A stretch of DNA of 64,000 nt from an uncultured Spirochaetota bacterium (GCA_963835575.1 CAWIGG010000002.1:352001-416000); one strand, 5' to 3'; counted from the stretch's first letter, positions 39,190 to 49,459 are shown. Program-made: numbers and translations. The notes: a model not told the origin generated them from the sequence alone.

Positions 39190-39752
39190 AGTTTTTCTCC
39201 ATATGTGAAGTTTATCTCGGCCTCATTCAGCGCCGGAAGGGATTTGTCTTTTTCGGAAACAATGATTTCCTCCGGGCCAATCTGCCAGTCAATCTGAAGG
39301 ACTGTATCATTATATATTATTCCCCTTTCAAAATCGGGCTTGTAATAATTATCGCATTTGTAAAAAAATTCCGCTTCTTCAGACAGAACGACAAAGCCAT
39401 GAGCGAAACCCCTCGGTATGAAAAACTCGCGCTTATTTTCCCCGGATAATTCCACGGCCGCCCATTTGCCGTAAGAAGGAGAGCCCTTCCTGATATCAAC
39501 CGCGATGTCAAGGACATTTCCGCAGAGGACCCTCACGAATTTTGCCTGTGTATACGGATAAAGCTGGTAATGAAGGCCCCGGAGAACCCCGTATGTTGAG
39601 CAGGACTGGTTGTCCTGAACAAAACGGCATCTGATTCCCGCCTGTTCAAATGTATTTTGATTATAGCTTTCGAAAAAATATCCCCTTTTGTCCTCGAAAA
39701 CTTTCGGTTCAAAAACCATAACGTCCGGAATGTCTGCCGGATAAAAAGGCAT
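39186..39752 (-). CDS. rfbC: dTDP-4-dehydrorhamnose 3,5-epimerase
   Basis: DKRGYFFE, FVQDN, LRGLHYQ, GFAHGF, YKCD. Confidence 0.97.
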   Translation of the reverse strand: MPFYPADIPDVMVFEPKVFEDKRGYFFESYNQNTFEQAGIRCRFVQDNQSCSTYGVLRGLHYQLYPYTQAKFVRVLCGNVLDIAVDIRKGSPSYGKWAAVELSGENKREFFIPRGFAHGFVVLSEEAEFFYKCDNYYKPDFERGIIYNDTVLQIDWQIGPEEIIVSEKDKSLPALNEAEINFTYGEKL

Positions 39753-39755
39753 GTT

Positions 39756-40631
39756 TTATCTCCTGTTCTGGTTTGCCACCCTCAATAAATACTCGCCGTA
39801 CTGGTTTTTAGAGAAGGGTTCGGCCAGTTTTATCAGCTCTTCCTTTGAAATATAGCCTGATGAATAAGCGATCTCCTCAATGCAGGAAATCTTCAGGCCC
39901 TGCCTGTGTTCGATGGTTTCGACAAAATTGCCCGCTTCAAGAAGGCTTTCATGCGTGCCGGTGTCGAGCCAGGCCATGCCGCGCGCCAGGATTTCCACCT
40001 TCAGTTTATTGCGTTTAAGGTATTCCTTATTAACATCCGTGATTTCCAGCTCCCCTCTTTTTGACGGCTTCAGGTTCTTGGCAATCTCGACAACCGAAGG
40101 ATCATAAAAATACAGCCCGGTAACGGCATAGTTTGATTTCGGTTTTTGAGGCTTCTCTTCAATACTGACGGCGCGGCATTCGTCGTCAAACTCGACGATG
40201 CCGTATCTTTGCGGGTCGTTGACATAATAGCCGAATATGACGGCGCCTTCTTTTATTTTTGAGGCGTCTTTCAGCATCTGCCCTAAACCATGGCCGTAGA
40301 GGATATTGTCGCCAAGGATCAGACAGCAGGATTCGCCGCCGATGAATTTCTCGCCTATGATAAAGGCTTCGGCAATACCCCTGGGCTCTTCCTGTCCGGC
40401 ATAAGAAAAATGAAGGCCGAGCTGCGAGCCGTCTTTAAATAAATCCTTGAAAAGCGGCAGGTCCTTCGGTTTGGAGATGATCAAAATATCCCTGATGCCG
40501 GCCAGCATAAGAATGGAAAGAGGATAGTAAATGAGAGGCTTGTCAAAAACCGGCATAAGCTGTTTAGATACGGAGTGCGTCAGGGGAAAAAGCCTGGTGC
40601 CATGCCCCCCGGCCAGGATAATGCCTTTCAT
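39756..40631 (-). CDS. rfbA: glucose-1-phosphate thymidylyltransferase
   Basis: GIILAGG.GTRL, SKQL, LGDN, EEKP, RGELEIT, WLDTGT. Confidence 0.97.
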   Translation of the reverse strand: MKGIILAGGHGTRLFPLTHSVSKQLMPVFDKPLIYYPLSILMLAGIRDILIISKPKDLPLFKDLFKDGSQLGLHFSYAGQEEPRGIAEAFIIGEKFIGGESCCLILGDNILYGHGLGQMLKDASKIKEGAVIFGYYVNDPQRYGIVEFDDECRAVSIEEKPQKPKSNYAVTGLYFYDPSVVEIAKNLKPSKRGELEITDVNKEYLKRNKLKVEILARGMAWLDTGTHESLLEAGNFVETIEHRQGLKISCIEEIAYSSGYISKEELIKLAEPFSKNQYGEYLLRVANQNRR

Positions 40632-40682
40632 ACGGCCTCCCTTTAATTAAATCATTCACGGAACGTGAAAACTATTTTATTA

Positions 40683-40830
40683 ACCACGAGGATCACGAAG
40701 CACACGAAGTTTTTATTGATATACTTCATTGCTTTATTAATGTCATCATCTTTAATTGTAACATAATGAACAATAAGAAATTATAAACAAACCTATTTAT
40801 TTTCTTCGTGCTCTTCGTGAACTTCGTGGT
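40683..40830. repeat. inverted pair of 9-bp-period triad repeats
   Basis: accacgagg-atcacgaag-cacacgaag vs cttcgtgct-cttcgtgaa-cttcgtggt. Confidence 0.75.
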
Positions 40831-40850
40831 GTAATTTAAACTTTTTAAAA

Positions 40851-41375
40851 CTAATTTCTTATCTGGCTTTTGTATATCTCGCGGATCTTCATGAGTATTT
40901 CTTTATATTTGGGGCTCTGGTAATCCGGGTAAGTCCATTCCCGGGAGCGCCATTCCTTATCACGGAAATAAAGAGTTATCTCCTCGTAAATCCCTTCTCC
41001 CATATAAAGGCGGTGCTGCTGGTCTTTTGTCGTGGCCAGGACAAATTTGCCCAGTTCCATATAACCGGGGTCCAGATTCATTTTTCTCTTATCCTGTATC
41101 GCTAATTCCAATTCAATCCGGTTTGTTTCTTTTTTGATCTGGACAAGATCCGGGATTTCAATTAAATCTTTAAAAGAATAAAAAATCCTCAGGATCGAAC
41201 TGCCCATTTCGCTTTTATAATAATCGGTAAAGGTAAAGGGGAAAAACTCACTTTCAAAATCCATTTCACCGAATGATAACAGGAGCTCTTTTTTTGCCTT
41301 TTCTAAAAAAGCCAGATCGGTAAAGAGGACCGGTATCACGAGTTTAACTTTTTCATGGGGAAGTTCTTTTCCCAT
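40851..41375 (-). CDS. DUF4416 family protein
   Basis: FTDYY..EMG, R.MNLDPGY, LATTK...HR.Y, WTYPDY. Confidence 0.85.
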   Translation of the reverse strand: MGKELPHEKVKLVIPVLFTDLAFLEKAKKELLLSFGEMDFESEFFPFTFTDYYKSEMGSSILRIFYSFKDLIEIPDLVQIKKETNRIELELAIQDKRKMNLDPGYMELGKFVLATTKDQQHRLYMGEGIYEEITLYFRDKEWRSREWTYPDYQSPKYKEILMKIREIYKSQIRN

Positions 41376-41667
41376 ATACCAACTCTTATTAAAAATGTTT
41401 TGCCGCCGGGTTCATTTTAAAGAAAAAAAAAGAAAATCACAATAATCAAGAGCCAAGGTGTTTTCTATAATAATTGGAAATATGAGAAAATATTTTTATG
41501 TTTAACTATAGCGTATATATTTCCCTTCACCATTTTGTAAAAAAACTGTTCAATTCAGTGTTCATATTGATGGCTTAAGCCTTTTTTAATAATTGCTTTA
41601 TTTACATTTTTTTGTTATAATATTATATTTATGTATATAATGTAATAGAATAGTGAGGATATAACAA

Positions 41668-43698
41668 ATGAATTCAGAGGTTTTCTCAATTATCATAGAT
41701 TACTCGATACTGCTCTTCCATAAATTCAACCAGTTCATTCTGAAAAAGAATTTTAAAATTGACCCGAAAACAAATGCCAATCTTAAAAATCAGGCTTTCA
41801 TAGTGCGTGAACATCCCGTTAAGGAATTCAGGAATACGATCGACAGTTTCAATCCTTCCGTTGAACATCTGACATTTGAGGAAAAGAAAATAATCCTGCT
41901 GCTCCTGGGCGCCAGCCTTTACGGGCAGAACGGGATCAATATCTGGCAGGCCATGTGCTTTTTCCATAGAATTCCTTTCAGGGCGATGAAGGCTGTCGGG
42001 AAGATCCTTGATCCTCACAGCGGGCTCCTGAAAAGCGGGATCATGATGTTCCAGGAAACGGATTTTCTGGGCGCTTCCCTTTCGATCGAGGAGATTGCCG
42101 AATTTTATAATAATAGAAGGGTTTTTCTTTCGCCTGTAGCGCTGAATTCCCTGTTCAGCGATTTTACCGGAAAGAACCTGTACGGCGTTACAAATTACAC
42201 GCTGTCCGAAAAATATAAAAATATAGATGTTCTCTTAAACGATATCGCGAGCATTATGAAGTATCTCTTTTTCCTCGCCAATTTTTATAAAGTGAATTCA
42301 GCTTATTCGTCATCACGCGATGATATCTATGAAAAAGGGGAATTTGCCGACACATTGCGGAAATTCAAAAAAAACATCGTCATGTCAGGCTTAAAGATCA
42401 ATTTAAAGGATTTTTTAAAGAAGAATAATTTTTCCAATATTGAATTTGTTGTTTTACTGTATTTCATATATAAAGTTGTCATGATGAAAGAGATCATCAT
42501 CAACAGCATAGAGGAAATATTAACCAGCCTCGCGTTCATTCCGTCCCAGATTAAAATGATCCTGGGCTGTTTCGCGAGGGACAGTGTTTTTATCAGGGAA
42601 AAATTCATTGTAATGGCCGATTTTTATCCCGGTCTTCCTTTTGAAGAGGAGATGAGCGAAGAGATGGAAAACGAGCTTCAGGATGAAGACGATTACCAGA
42701 TAATCGGCTTCAGCCAGGAATACAGCGCCATATCCATTTCCAAGGAAAAGATCTATTTTCTTCTTTTTTCCGATCAGGAAGGCAAAAAGAAAGCTATAAG
42801 TAAAGGAGATAAGGGGCGTATCCAGGAAAAGAAGGAAATCCATGCGGAGCATCAAAGAAATAAAGGTCTTTTTGAGATCGTAGAGCCGACTGTCGCTATT
42901 AAAGATGTCATTCTGGATGAGCAGGTCAAGAAAGAGCTCCTGGGCGCTGTCGATCTGACGCGCGCCGCCGATATGATGAAAAAATGGGGCATCAAGCCGA
43001 ACTTGGCTTCAAAGTCTTCAGGCTCTATCAAGATACTGCTTTACGGCCCTTCGGGGACGGGCAAGACAATTACAGCGCAGGCCCTGGCCGGAGAGGTCAA
43101 CGCCGATCTTTTCAAGGTTGACGCCAGCAACCTGGTGAGTTCCTGGGTCGGTGAAAGCACAAAGAATGTCAAAAGGGTTTTCCGTGAATTTTATAAATAT
43201 GCAAAAATATCAAAGAAGAAGATTTTTCTTTTTATGAACGAAGCCGATCAGCTCTTGAGCGCCAGAGGAGCCATTACGCAGGCCGCGGATAAGGAATACA
43301 ACCAGATGCAGAATATCCTTCTGGAGGAGCTTGAGAATTTTGACGGCGTTTTTCTGGCAACCTCAAACCTGATCGATCTTTTCGATACGGCATGGAACCG
43401 GAGGTTCAATATCAAGATAAAATTTGATGTGCCTAAGTACGAAACCCGCTTAAAACTCTGGCAGGTCCATATTTCCGATAAGATGCCGCTGGGAAGCGAT
43501 GTCAATTTCGCCAAACTGGCGGAATATGAGCTGGCGGGCGGTTCTATAGCCAATGTTATTTACAACGCGGCAAGAAAGGCCGCCCTCAGGGAAGGCGCCG
43601 AAAGAGTTGTCACTCAGCAGGATTTTGTCGAATCTGTGCAGAATGAAATAAAGGTCCATCTCGGTATGAAAAGTTCCAGGGTTGGTTTCTCGCAATGA
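41668..43698 (+). CDS. AAA+ family ATPase with long N-terminal extension
   Basis: YGPSGTGKT, SSWVGESTKN, FMNEAD, TSN...D.AW.RRF. Confidence 0.88.
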   Translation: MNSEVFSIIIDYSILLFHKFNQFILKKNFKIDPKTNANLKNQAFIVREHPVKEFRNTIDSFNPSVEHLTFEEKKIILLLLGASLYGQNGINIWQAMCFFHRIPFRAMKAVGKILDPHSGLLKSGIMMFQETDFLGASLSIEEIAEFYNNRRVFLSPVALNSLFSDFTGKNLYGVTNYTLSEKYKNIDVLLNDIASIMKYLFFLANFYKVNSAYSSSRDDIYEKGEFADTLRKFKKNIVMSGLKINLKDFLKKNNFSNIEFVVLLYFIYKVVMMKEIIINSIEEILTSLAFIPSQIKMILGCFARDSVFIREKFIVMADFYPGLPFEEEMSEEMENELQDEDDYQIIGFSQEYSAISISKEKIYFLLFSDQEGKKKAISKGDKGRIQEKKEIHAEHQRNKGLFEIVEPTVAIKDVILDEQVKKELLGAVDLTRAADMMKKWGIKPNLASKSSGSIKILLYGPSGTGKTITAQALAGEVNADLFKVDASNLVSSWVGESTKNVKRVFREFYKYAKISKKKIFLFMNEADQLLSARGAITQAADKEYNQMQNILLEELENFDGVFLATSNLIDLFDTAWNRRFNIKIKFDVPKYETRLKLWQVHISDKMPLGSDVNFAKLAEYELAGGSIANVIYNAARKAALREGAERVVTQQDFVESVQNEIKVHLGMKSSRVGFSQ

Positions 43699-43823
43699 AA
43701 ATTACTTACAGAAAAACATAGGAAAACAAAAGTATAAAAAAAGATATTAACTTCTTGTCAAGAAATGAAATAAATATTTTCATCTTTTCCTTTACTTTCC
43801 TTTAAAATCTTGTTATTATCAAT

Positions 43824-43845
43824 AAAACGTTACTGTGGCGTTACT
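43824..43845. repeat. putative integrase arm-type binding sites (left)
   Basis: aaaacgttactgtggcgttact; matching copy at 50666-50687. Confidence 0.6.
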
Positions 43846-43859
43846 CGAAGGGGATTTTT

Positions 43860-44903
43860 ATGAGTGTTAAATTAAGGCAGAAAAAGCTCAATGACGGCGG
43901 CTTTTCCCTGTATCTTGATATTATTCATAATGGCCGGAGAAGCTATCAGTTTCTTGATCTTCAACTCGGGAGTAATAAAGAAGCTAACAAGGAAAACATT
44001 CGTATTGCCGAAACCATAAGGGCAAAGAAAGAAATCGAATTGAATACCACGCAATACGGCCTAACACCGACTTTTAAAACTAAAACCGATTTCATTTCTT
44101 ATTTTGAAGCACAAGAACTTAAAACAAAAGAAAAGAACGCCATTGTTTTATATCTCAAGGAATTTTCAACGGGTATTTCTATTTCCTCTATCGATAAAAA
44201 GTGGCTCCTTGATTTTCAAAATTTTTTACTAAAAAAGCTTTCCAACAATTCCGCCCGGCATTACTGGATGTATATTAACAAGGTATTGAACAGGGCTGTC
44301 AATGATGGAATTATCCTGAAAAATCCCTGTGCCGGATTAGAAAGTATCAAAGGTACTGAAGTGGAAAAATCCTTTTTAACATTTGAGGAAGTCCAAAAGC
44401 TCGCAGACACGCCTTGCAATCCCGAAACAAAGCGGGCTTTCCTGTTTTCCTGTTTTACCGGGCTGAGGATAAGCGATGTAAGACAATTGCGTTATTCCGA
44501 CATAGAAAATGACCGAATTAAATTCCGACAACAAAAAACAGGAAGGATAGAATACCTCCCAATCAATGAAACTGCCAGAACTCTCATAGAGAAACGTTCA
44601 TCCAATATCATAGACCTCAAGAACAATTTTATATTCAGGGTTCCGCCTCACGAAACATTGAGACTTAATCTTAAAAGATGGGCCAGAAGGGCAGGTATAG
44701 ACAAAAATATATCCTTCCATACCGCCCGTCATACATGCGCTACCATTGCCTTGACTTCCGGGGTCGATCTATACACAGTATCGAAAATGCTGGGGCATAA
44801 AAGCCTGCAAACTACACAGATTTACGCCAAGATAGTTGATGAAAAGCTCAAAGAGGCTGTGAATAAACTTCCTTCAATCGATTTGGGAGCTAAACAGGCT
44901 TGA
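43860..44903 (+). CDS. int: tyrosine site-specific integrase
   Basis: N-terminal arm-binding domain (SLYLDI...GRR.YQFL), GLRISD, HTARHT, LGH, TQIYA catalytic motifs. Confidence 0.95.
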   Translation: MSVKLRQKKLNDGGFSLYLDIIHNGRRSYQFLDLQLGSNKEANKENIRIAETIRAKKEIELNTTQYGLTPTFKTKTDFISYFEAQELKTKEKNAIVLYLKEFSTGISISSIDKKWLLDFQNFLLKKLSNNSARHYWMYINKVLNRAVNDGIILKNPCAGLESIKGTEVEKSFLTFEEVQKLADTPCNPETKRAFLFSCFTGLRISDVRQLRYSDIENDRIKFRQQKTGRIEYLPINETARTLIEKRSSNIIDLKNNFIFRVPPHETLRLNLKRWARRAGIDKNISFHTARHTCATIALTSGVDLYTVSKMLGHKSLQTTQIYAKIVDEKLKEAVNKLPSIDLGAKQA

Positions 44904-45060
44904 AAGGTTAATTAAATACCGTTTTTGATTTGCTATGAGCTTTTGAAAGTAAGTCTGATGTGAATAAATTAATGGGGAGATATTAAAGTCGCCCACGATA
45001 AGCAAAACAAAAAAGGGAATAGAAAGAAGTAGAATAAGAAAGATAATTTGAGGGTTATAT

Positions 45061-45882
45061 ATGGCCTGTAAATTTGGCCTTATGATGGGCGCTAATTTTA
45101 ATTATGGTTTTTATTATTATAAAAAATTTGAACTTACAAAAGAATCAATTGAATTATTTATAAAAGACTTATCCTTGATTGATAAAGTTAAATTTATGGA
45201 ATGGGTTAAAGGGGAGTATTTAAAAAAAATTGAAAATGACCTTTTTATAAGTAAAGGGTTTTACAATCAACCTTTGTCATTATATTTAATGTCTAAAGCT
45301 ACACAAGAAGAAGTTATTAATAGTCTTTACCCTGAACATAAAGAACTTATTGAATGGATGGAAAATAAATTAGAAAATTCTATTTGGGAAAAAAATAATT
45401 CATTTAATCAAAGGGCAGTTCAAAAAAGAAGTTCACAGCCTGCAAAAAAAATACAACTTGATATTTATAGAGATAATGGAGATTTTAACAATTTAATTAG
45501 TCAATTACAAGAGAATGAATTTATTGATCAACAAATGAATAAAGATGAAATACTTCTTCACTTTATTGATGCTGACAGAAGGCCCTTTACCGAAAACAAT
45601 AAGTTATCCAATACAATGATTGTATGGACAAGTTCAAATATAAACTTAATTTTATTCATAAAAGAATTACAAAAAAATGATATAATTTATGAAAAAAATA
45701 ATTATACTAATTTTATTGTCAATCACTTTGTAAATGAAAATGGAATCGAATATAAAAGTGATAACCTCAGAAAATCTTTTTTTCTAATAAAAAAAGATTA
45801 TGAGGAAAATAATTTAAAAAATCTTCCTATCGGGTTTGATAAACTTCAAGAAATAATTTCAAATATTTTCGTTAGCAAATAA
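45061..45882 (+). CDS. hypothetical protein, weak RteC-like C-terminus
   Basis: IVWTSS..NLILFIKEL; located between int and xis. Confidence 0.5.
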   Translation: MACKFGLMMGANFNYGFYYYKKFELTKESIELFIKDLSLIDKVKFMEWVKGEYLKKIENDLFISKGFYNQPLSLYLMSKATQEEVINSLYPEHKELIEWMENKLENSIWEKNNSFNQRAVQKRSSQPAKKIQLDIYRDNGDFNNLISQLQENEFIDQQMNKDEILLHFIDADRRPFTENNKLSNTMIVWTSSNINLILFIKELQKNDIIYEKNNYTNFIVNHFVNENGIEYKSDNLRKSFFLIKKDYEENNLKNLPIGFDKLQEIISNIFVSK

Positions 45883-45974
45883 AGTGTCTACTTAGACGTC
45901 TAATAGACGTTTTCAAACTTCTATTTTTATATATGTTATCCTCAGATAGCCTAATTTATCTAAGGAGAAACATT

Positions 45975-46229
45975 ATGAATGAATTTCAAGAGCAAACAAC
46001 CCGCCCGTTTAATTTCAAAGAAGCTTGCAAGTATCTTTCTTTATCAGCCTCGACTTTGTACAAGAAAACTCATCGTAAGGAAATAACTTTTTATCGTCCT
46101 GCCGGGAAGCTCATATATTTCCTTCAATCTGATTTGAATTCGTGGCTTTTGAAAAATAAAATTTCTTCAAACCAAAATATTGACGAGAAAGCGATTGACC
46201 ACATTACCAAAAACGGTGCTGTTTTATGA
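45975..46229 (+). CDS. excisionase/AlpA-like helix-turn-helix protein
   Basis: TAAGGAG RBS; KEACKYLSLSASTLYK...I.FYRP.GKLIYF...DL..WL. Confidence 0.85.
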   Translation: MNEFQEQTTRPFNFKEACKYLSLSASTLYKKTHRKEITFYRPAGKLIYFLQSDLNSWLLKNKISSNQNIDEKAIDHITKNGAVL

Positions 46230-46687
46230 CATTGAATGAAATTGCAAAATTAACTGGTAAAAGCAAGTCAACAATATGGCGCTGGGTTGAATCCTGTTCC
46301 GTAATGAAACAGGAAACCTATTCCAAAATGGAACAGGCTAAGATCACACAGAAACCAGCAAATTTTACACTTGACGAAACTATTGGAATAATCCGTTCGG
46401 GCGGCAATGAAACACTTGCAAACCTATTAAAAGATAACGCTTCTAAAACAGCGATTGAAAGGCTTGAAGGGTTGGTTGAAAAATTAATGATTTCAGTAAA
46501 TGGCCTGATTAACCGGCAATCTAAACAAATTATGAGGGAAGAATCATTATTAGAACCGCCTAAAGTAAGGTTGGCCGATTTGCCAGATAAATATTCACGA
46601 ATTGCCGAATCGGCTATAAATAATAAAATTAAAGCAGATCAGCGGAAACGATTAATCAATCAGATATGGCCGGATTTAAACTTTTAA
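46226..46687 (+). CDS. phage-type DNA-binding HTH protein
   Basis: MTLNEIAKLTGKSKSTIWRW N-terminal HTH. Confidence 0.65.
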   Translation: MTLNEIAKLTGKSKSTIWRWVESCSVMKQETYSKMEQAKITQKPANFTLDETIGIIRSGGNETLANLLKDNASKTAIERLEGLVEKLMISVNGLINRQSKQIMREESLLEPPKVRLADLPDKYSRIAESAINNKIKADQRKRLINQIWPDLNF

Positions 46688-46708
46688 AATTGTTAAGAGG
46701 ATTTTATT

Positions 46709-47584
46709 ATGGGAAATGAGCTTTCAAATGTGGGTTATTTAATTAATCTTTTAAGAAGTGATGGAAGTATTATTATTAATAAAAGATTGGCCCATAGTAT
46801 CGGATTGAATGAGGCAATAATGTATTCTGAATTATTGGCAAAATATAAATACTTCACAGAAAAAAACAGTTTACAAGATGACGGATACTTTTTTAATACT
46901 GTTGTTGATATGCAAAAGGATACAACCTTATCAGAATACCAGCAAAGAAAAGTGATTAAGAATCTTGAAAAGTTAGGTTTAATTGATTATAAAACAAAAG
47001 GATTACCAGCAAAAAGATTCTTTAAAATTGTTGAAGATGAAGCTATCATTAAAAATTATCTAATGGATAGGAGAACAAACTTAAGATCAAGTTCTGAAGA
47101 AACTAAGGAACTGGATACCGAAAAACTAAAGGGTAATAATACTAACCATAGTAATACTAACCCTAATAATACTAAGGTTAATGTAAATGGAATAAAGTTT
47201 CCAGAAGGAAACATTTATTCTATTTTCTCTAAAAACACTTTTAAGAATAACCTAAAAAAAATAGACTTGGTATTATCTTCTTTAACTGAATATATATCAA
47301 TTCAAAATAAGGAAGAATACCGGAAAGTTCTTGTTTATTATTTAGAGAAATATGCAATAACATTTAATGACATACACCCCGAATTAAAAAAGGAATACTG
47401 GCAACGTGTTATTAATAATTTATTTATCAGTCCAGTAAGCGAATTAGTTGGGAATGATATTGATACTTATTATGTTTTGATAGATGAATACTTTGCGACA
47501 GAATATAATAATTGCGATTATCATATCTTACATTTTGCAACACAAGGAATATTAGACAACAAGTTTTATGAGACTTGCTATTAA
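46709..47584 (+). CDS. phage-type replication initiator (winged HTH)
   Basis: LA..IGLNEAI.YSEL, DGYFFNT...Q.DT.LS.YQQ......L...GLI...KG.PAKRFF; internal Asn/Thr-rich repeats. Confidence 0.7.
   Translation: MGNELSNVGYLINLLRSDGSIIINKRLAHSIGLNEAIMYSELLAKYKYFTEKNSLQDDGYFFNTVVDMQKDTTLSEYQQRKVIKNLEKLGLIDYKTKGLPAKRFFKIVEDEAIIKNYLMDRRTNLRSSSEETKELDTEKLKGNNTNHSNTNPNNTKVNVNGIKFPEGNIYSIFSKNTFKNNLKKIDLVLSSLTEYISIQNKEEYRKVLVYYLEKYAITFNDIHPELKKEYWQRVINNLFISPVSELVGNDIDTYYVLIDEYFATEYNNCDYHILHFATQGILDNKFYETCY
47134..47178. repeat. three 15-bp direct repeats inside rep (iteron candidate)
   Basis: taataatactaacca-tagtaatactaaccc-taataatactaaggt. Confidence 0.55.
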
Positions 47585-47630
47585 ATTAATTATCAAAGGC
47601 ATTTATTACAGATAAAAGGTGTGAATTATT

Positions 47631-47897
47631 ATGGAAAAATCAATGCAATTAATTGAAAATAATGAAAATGATGACAAGACCTATACCCCCCATGTTAGTA
47701 TTCTTAATGACATAAGAGGGATAAAAAGAGAGTTGGCTAAATTATACAGGGATGCCCGGACAGGTAGAATTAAAACCATTGAGGCCACAAAATTGGCTTA
47801 TATTTTAAATATCCTGGCTAATATCATGGTCAATAGCGATTTAGAAGAAAGACTTCTGGAATTAGAAAGAATAATAAATGAGAGGGGGCATAAATGA
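47631..47897 (+). CDS. small helical phage/satellite-type protein
   Basis: RELAKLYRDARTGRI...ATKLAYILN...DLEERL.ELE. Confidence 0.6.
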   Translation: MEKSMQLIENNENDDKTYTPHVSILNDIRGIKRELAKLYRDARTGRIKTIEATKLAYILNILANIMVNSDLEERLLELERIINERGHK

Positions 47898-48106
47898 ATT
47901 TTAAAAATAGATTGAGAAATCTTGAAGGAAAAATCAAGGAAAGCCCGGCAGAAGAAGCCTTGAGTATATTTTTGAGATATTGCATAGAAAATACCGGTAA
48001 TACTTGTAAGGATGGATGCCTTAATTTTGATATAAAAAGCAATGTTTGCAGTAAAAAAGAAATTTTAATGAGAATCCCATTTGCAAGAAAACAATTTGAG
48101 GAATAA
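47894..48106 (+). CDS. hypothetical protein (Cys-containing)
   Basis: GAGGGG RBS, ATAA/ATGA-type overlap with upstream gene; MNFKNRLRNLE start. Confidence 0.5.
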   Translation: MNFKNRLRNLEGKIKESPAEEALSIFLRYCIENTGNTCKDGCLNFDIKSNVCSKKEILMRIPFARKQFEE

Positions 48107-48335
48107 GAAAATATAGACTTAATTCAAATTATAAGCCGTGTTAATCATTGTTATGATAATTTAAAATCAATCCGGAATTTTCCGACACCTGAAAAAAAGG
48201 AACCTATACAACAACGCCAGATAGTCTCGATAGGTAGGGAGAGGTAATTACTCCATAGCTTACTTACCTGAAATAATACTACCTCTAAAGCACAATATTA
48301 CATCACCTAAAAAAAAGAAGGGGGAATGGTAAAAC

Positions 48336-48683
48336 TTATTCAAAGTGAGTGTGTTTTACTTTCCATTTTTTTAATGAAATTCCTACCCATAATAAATATA
48401 TCCCAATTGTGATAATTGCCAATAGAAACCATTTTATCCATAAACCAAATAAACCAACTGCTGATCCGTCAAATTGTAATCTTTTTCCATTAATTACAGT
48501 ATGTTTTATTTCCCATCGATATACCATACAAAGCGCCCATGGATAACATATGCCAAGCGTGAATAGTGTTATAATAAAACCAAGAATATTCCAGCCGATC
48601 AGTTGTAATAACCCACCGTCAAAATATGAATCACTACTACTCTCTTGATTAACATTAACGTTGACGTTTACAATATCTGCCAT
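48336..48683 (-). CDS. DUF898/YjgN-like small membrane protein
   Basis: SYFDGGLLQLIGW, TLGI.YPW, HTVING.RL.FDG, KHTHF. Confidence 0.75.
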   Translation of the reverse strand: MADIVNVNVNVNQESSSDSYFDGGLLQLIGWNILGFIITLFTLGICYPWALCMVYRWEIKHTVINGKRLQFDGSAVGLFGLWIKWFLLAIITIGIYLLWVGISLKKWKVKHTHFE

Positions 48684-48774
48684 TATTAACCTCCTAAACA
48701 TTAAAATTTAGATTTGAAAAGAACCAAAAACAAATTTTGAGAGAATAGAAAGTTAAGAATTAATTTAATACTTA

Positions 48775-49245
48775 TTAAAAATCCTTTGATTCTTTATTTT
48801 GCAGGAATTTATAAAGATTATCTGCAATTATCTTTATATTTTTTTTAACATCGTCAATATATTCTTTATAAATTAATGGTTGTCTATCTTGATGAAATTG
48901 ACCCCAAAGACCTATAAAATTATCAAAAGTTAACCTATATTTATTATCTTTAATGTCAATTGTGATAGTATATTCACAAGGTATTTCGACCATAACATTT
49001 ACAAACGATGTAATTCCTTTTCCAATAATTTGACCGCTTTCCTCATCCTGCAGTTGAATGACCTCTTTAGAAGAGTTATAACTTTTTGCCATCCATTCGA
49101 GAATCTTTTTGTACAGTTCTTTTTTAGGCATTTTAATATCTTGAATATATTGAGCATTTCTCTCTTCCGGTTTAACCTCCTCATAACAGGAAGTTAAAAT
49201 AAAAAACATAGCAAATAAAATTGATACCCCTAAAATTTTATTCAT
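48775..49245 (-). CDS. DUF4468-like lipoprotein
   Basis: LTSC lipobox; KKELY...EW....NSSKEVIQL.D.ESG.IIGKG, DIKDNKYRL. Confidence 0.7.
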   Translation of the reverse strand: MNKILGVSILFAMFFILTSCYEEVKPEERNAQYIQDIKMPKKELYKKILEWMAKSYNSSKEVIQLQDEESGQIIGKGITSFVNVMVEIPCEYTITIDIKDNKYRLTFDNFIGLWGQFHQDRQPLIYKEYIDDVKKNIKIIADNLYKFLQNKESKDF

Positions 49246-49390
49246 ATATAGCCTCCTTAATACTTTTCATAAAATCCCCCTTTTTATCTATTGGCATTAA
49301 CCACTTCCATTTCAAAAAATATTATATTGACATTTATAGTATTTCTCAAATAGAATAAGAATTTTTCCACAATTACAGGACAAACATATT

Positions 49391-49409
49391 ATACCCCATC
49401 TTGGGGTAT
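49391..49409. promoter_or_regulatory. palindromic operator candidate upstream of XRE gene
   Basis: atacccca-tct-tggggtat. Confidence 0.5.
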
Positions 49410-49459
49410 TTAATCAACTAATGATAATATTAAAAAATTATAATTTATTGGATCAAATA

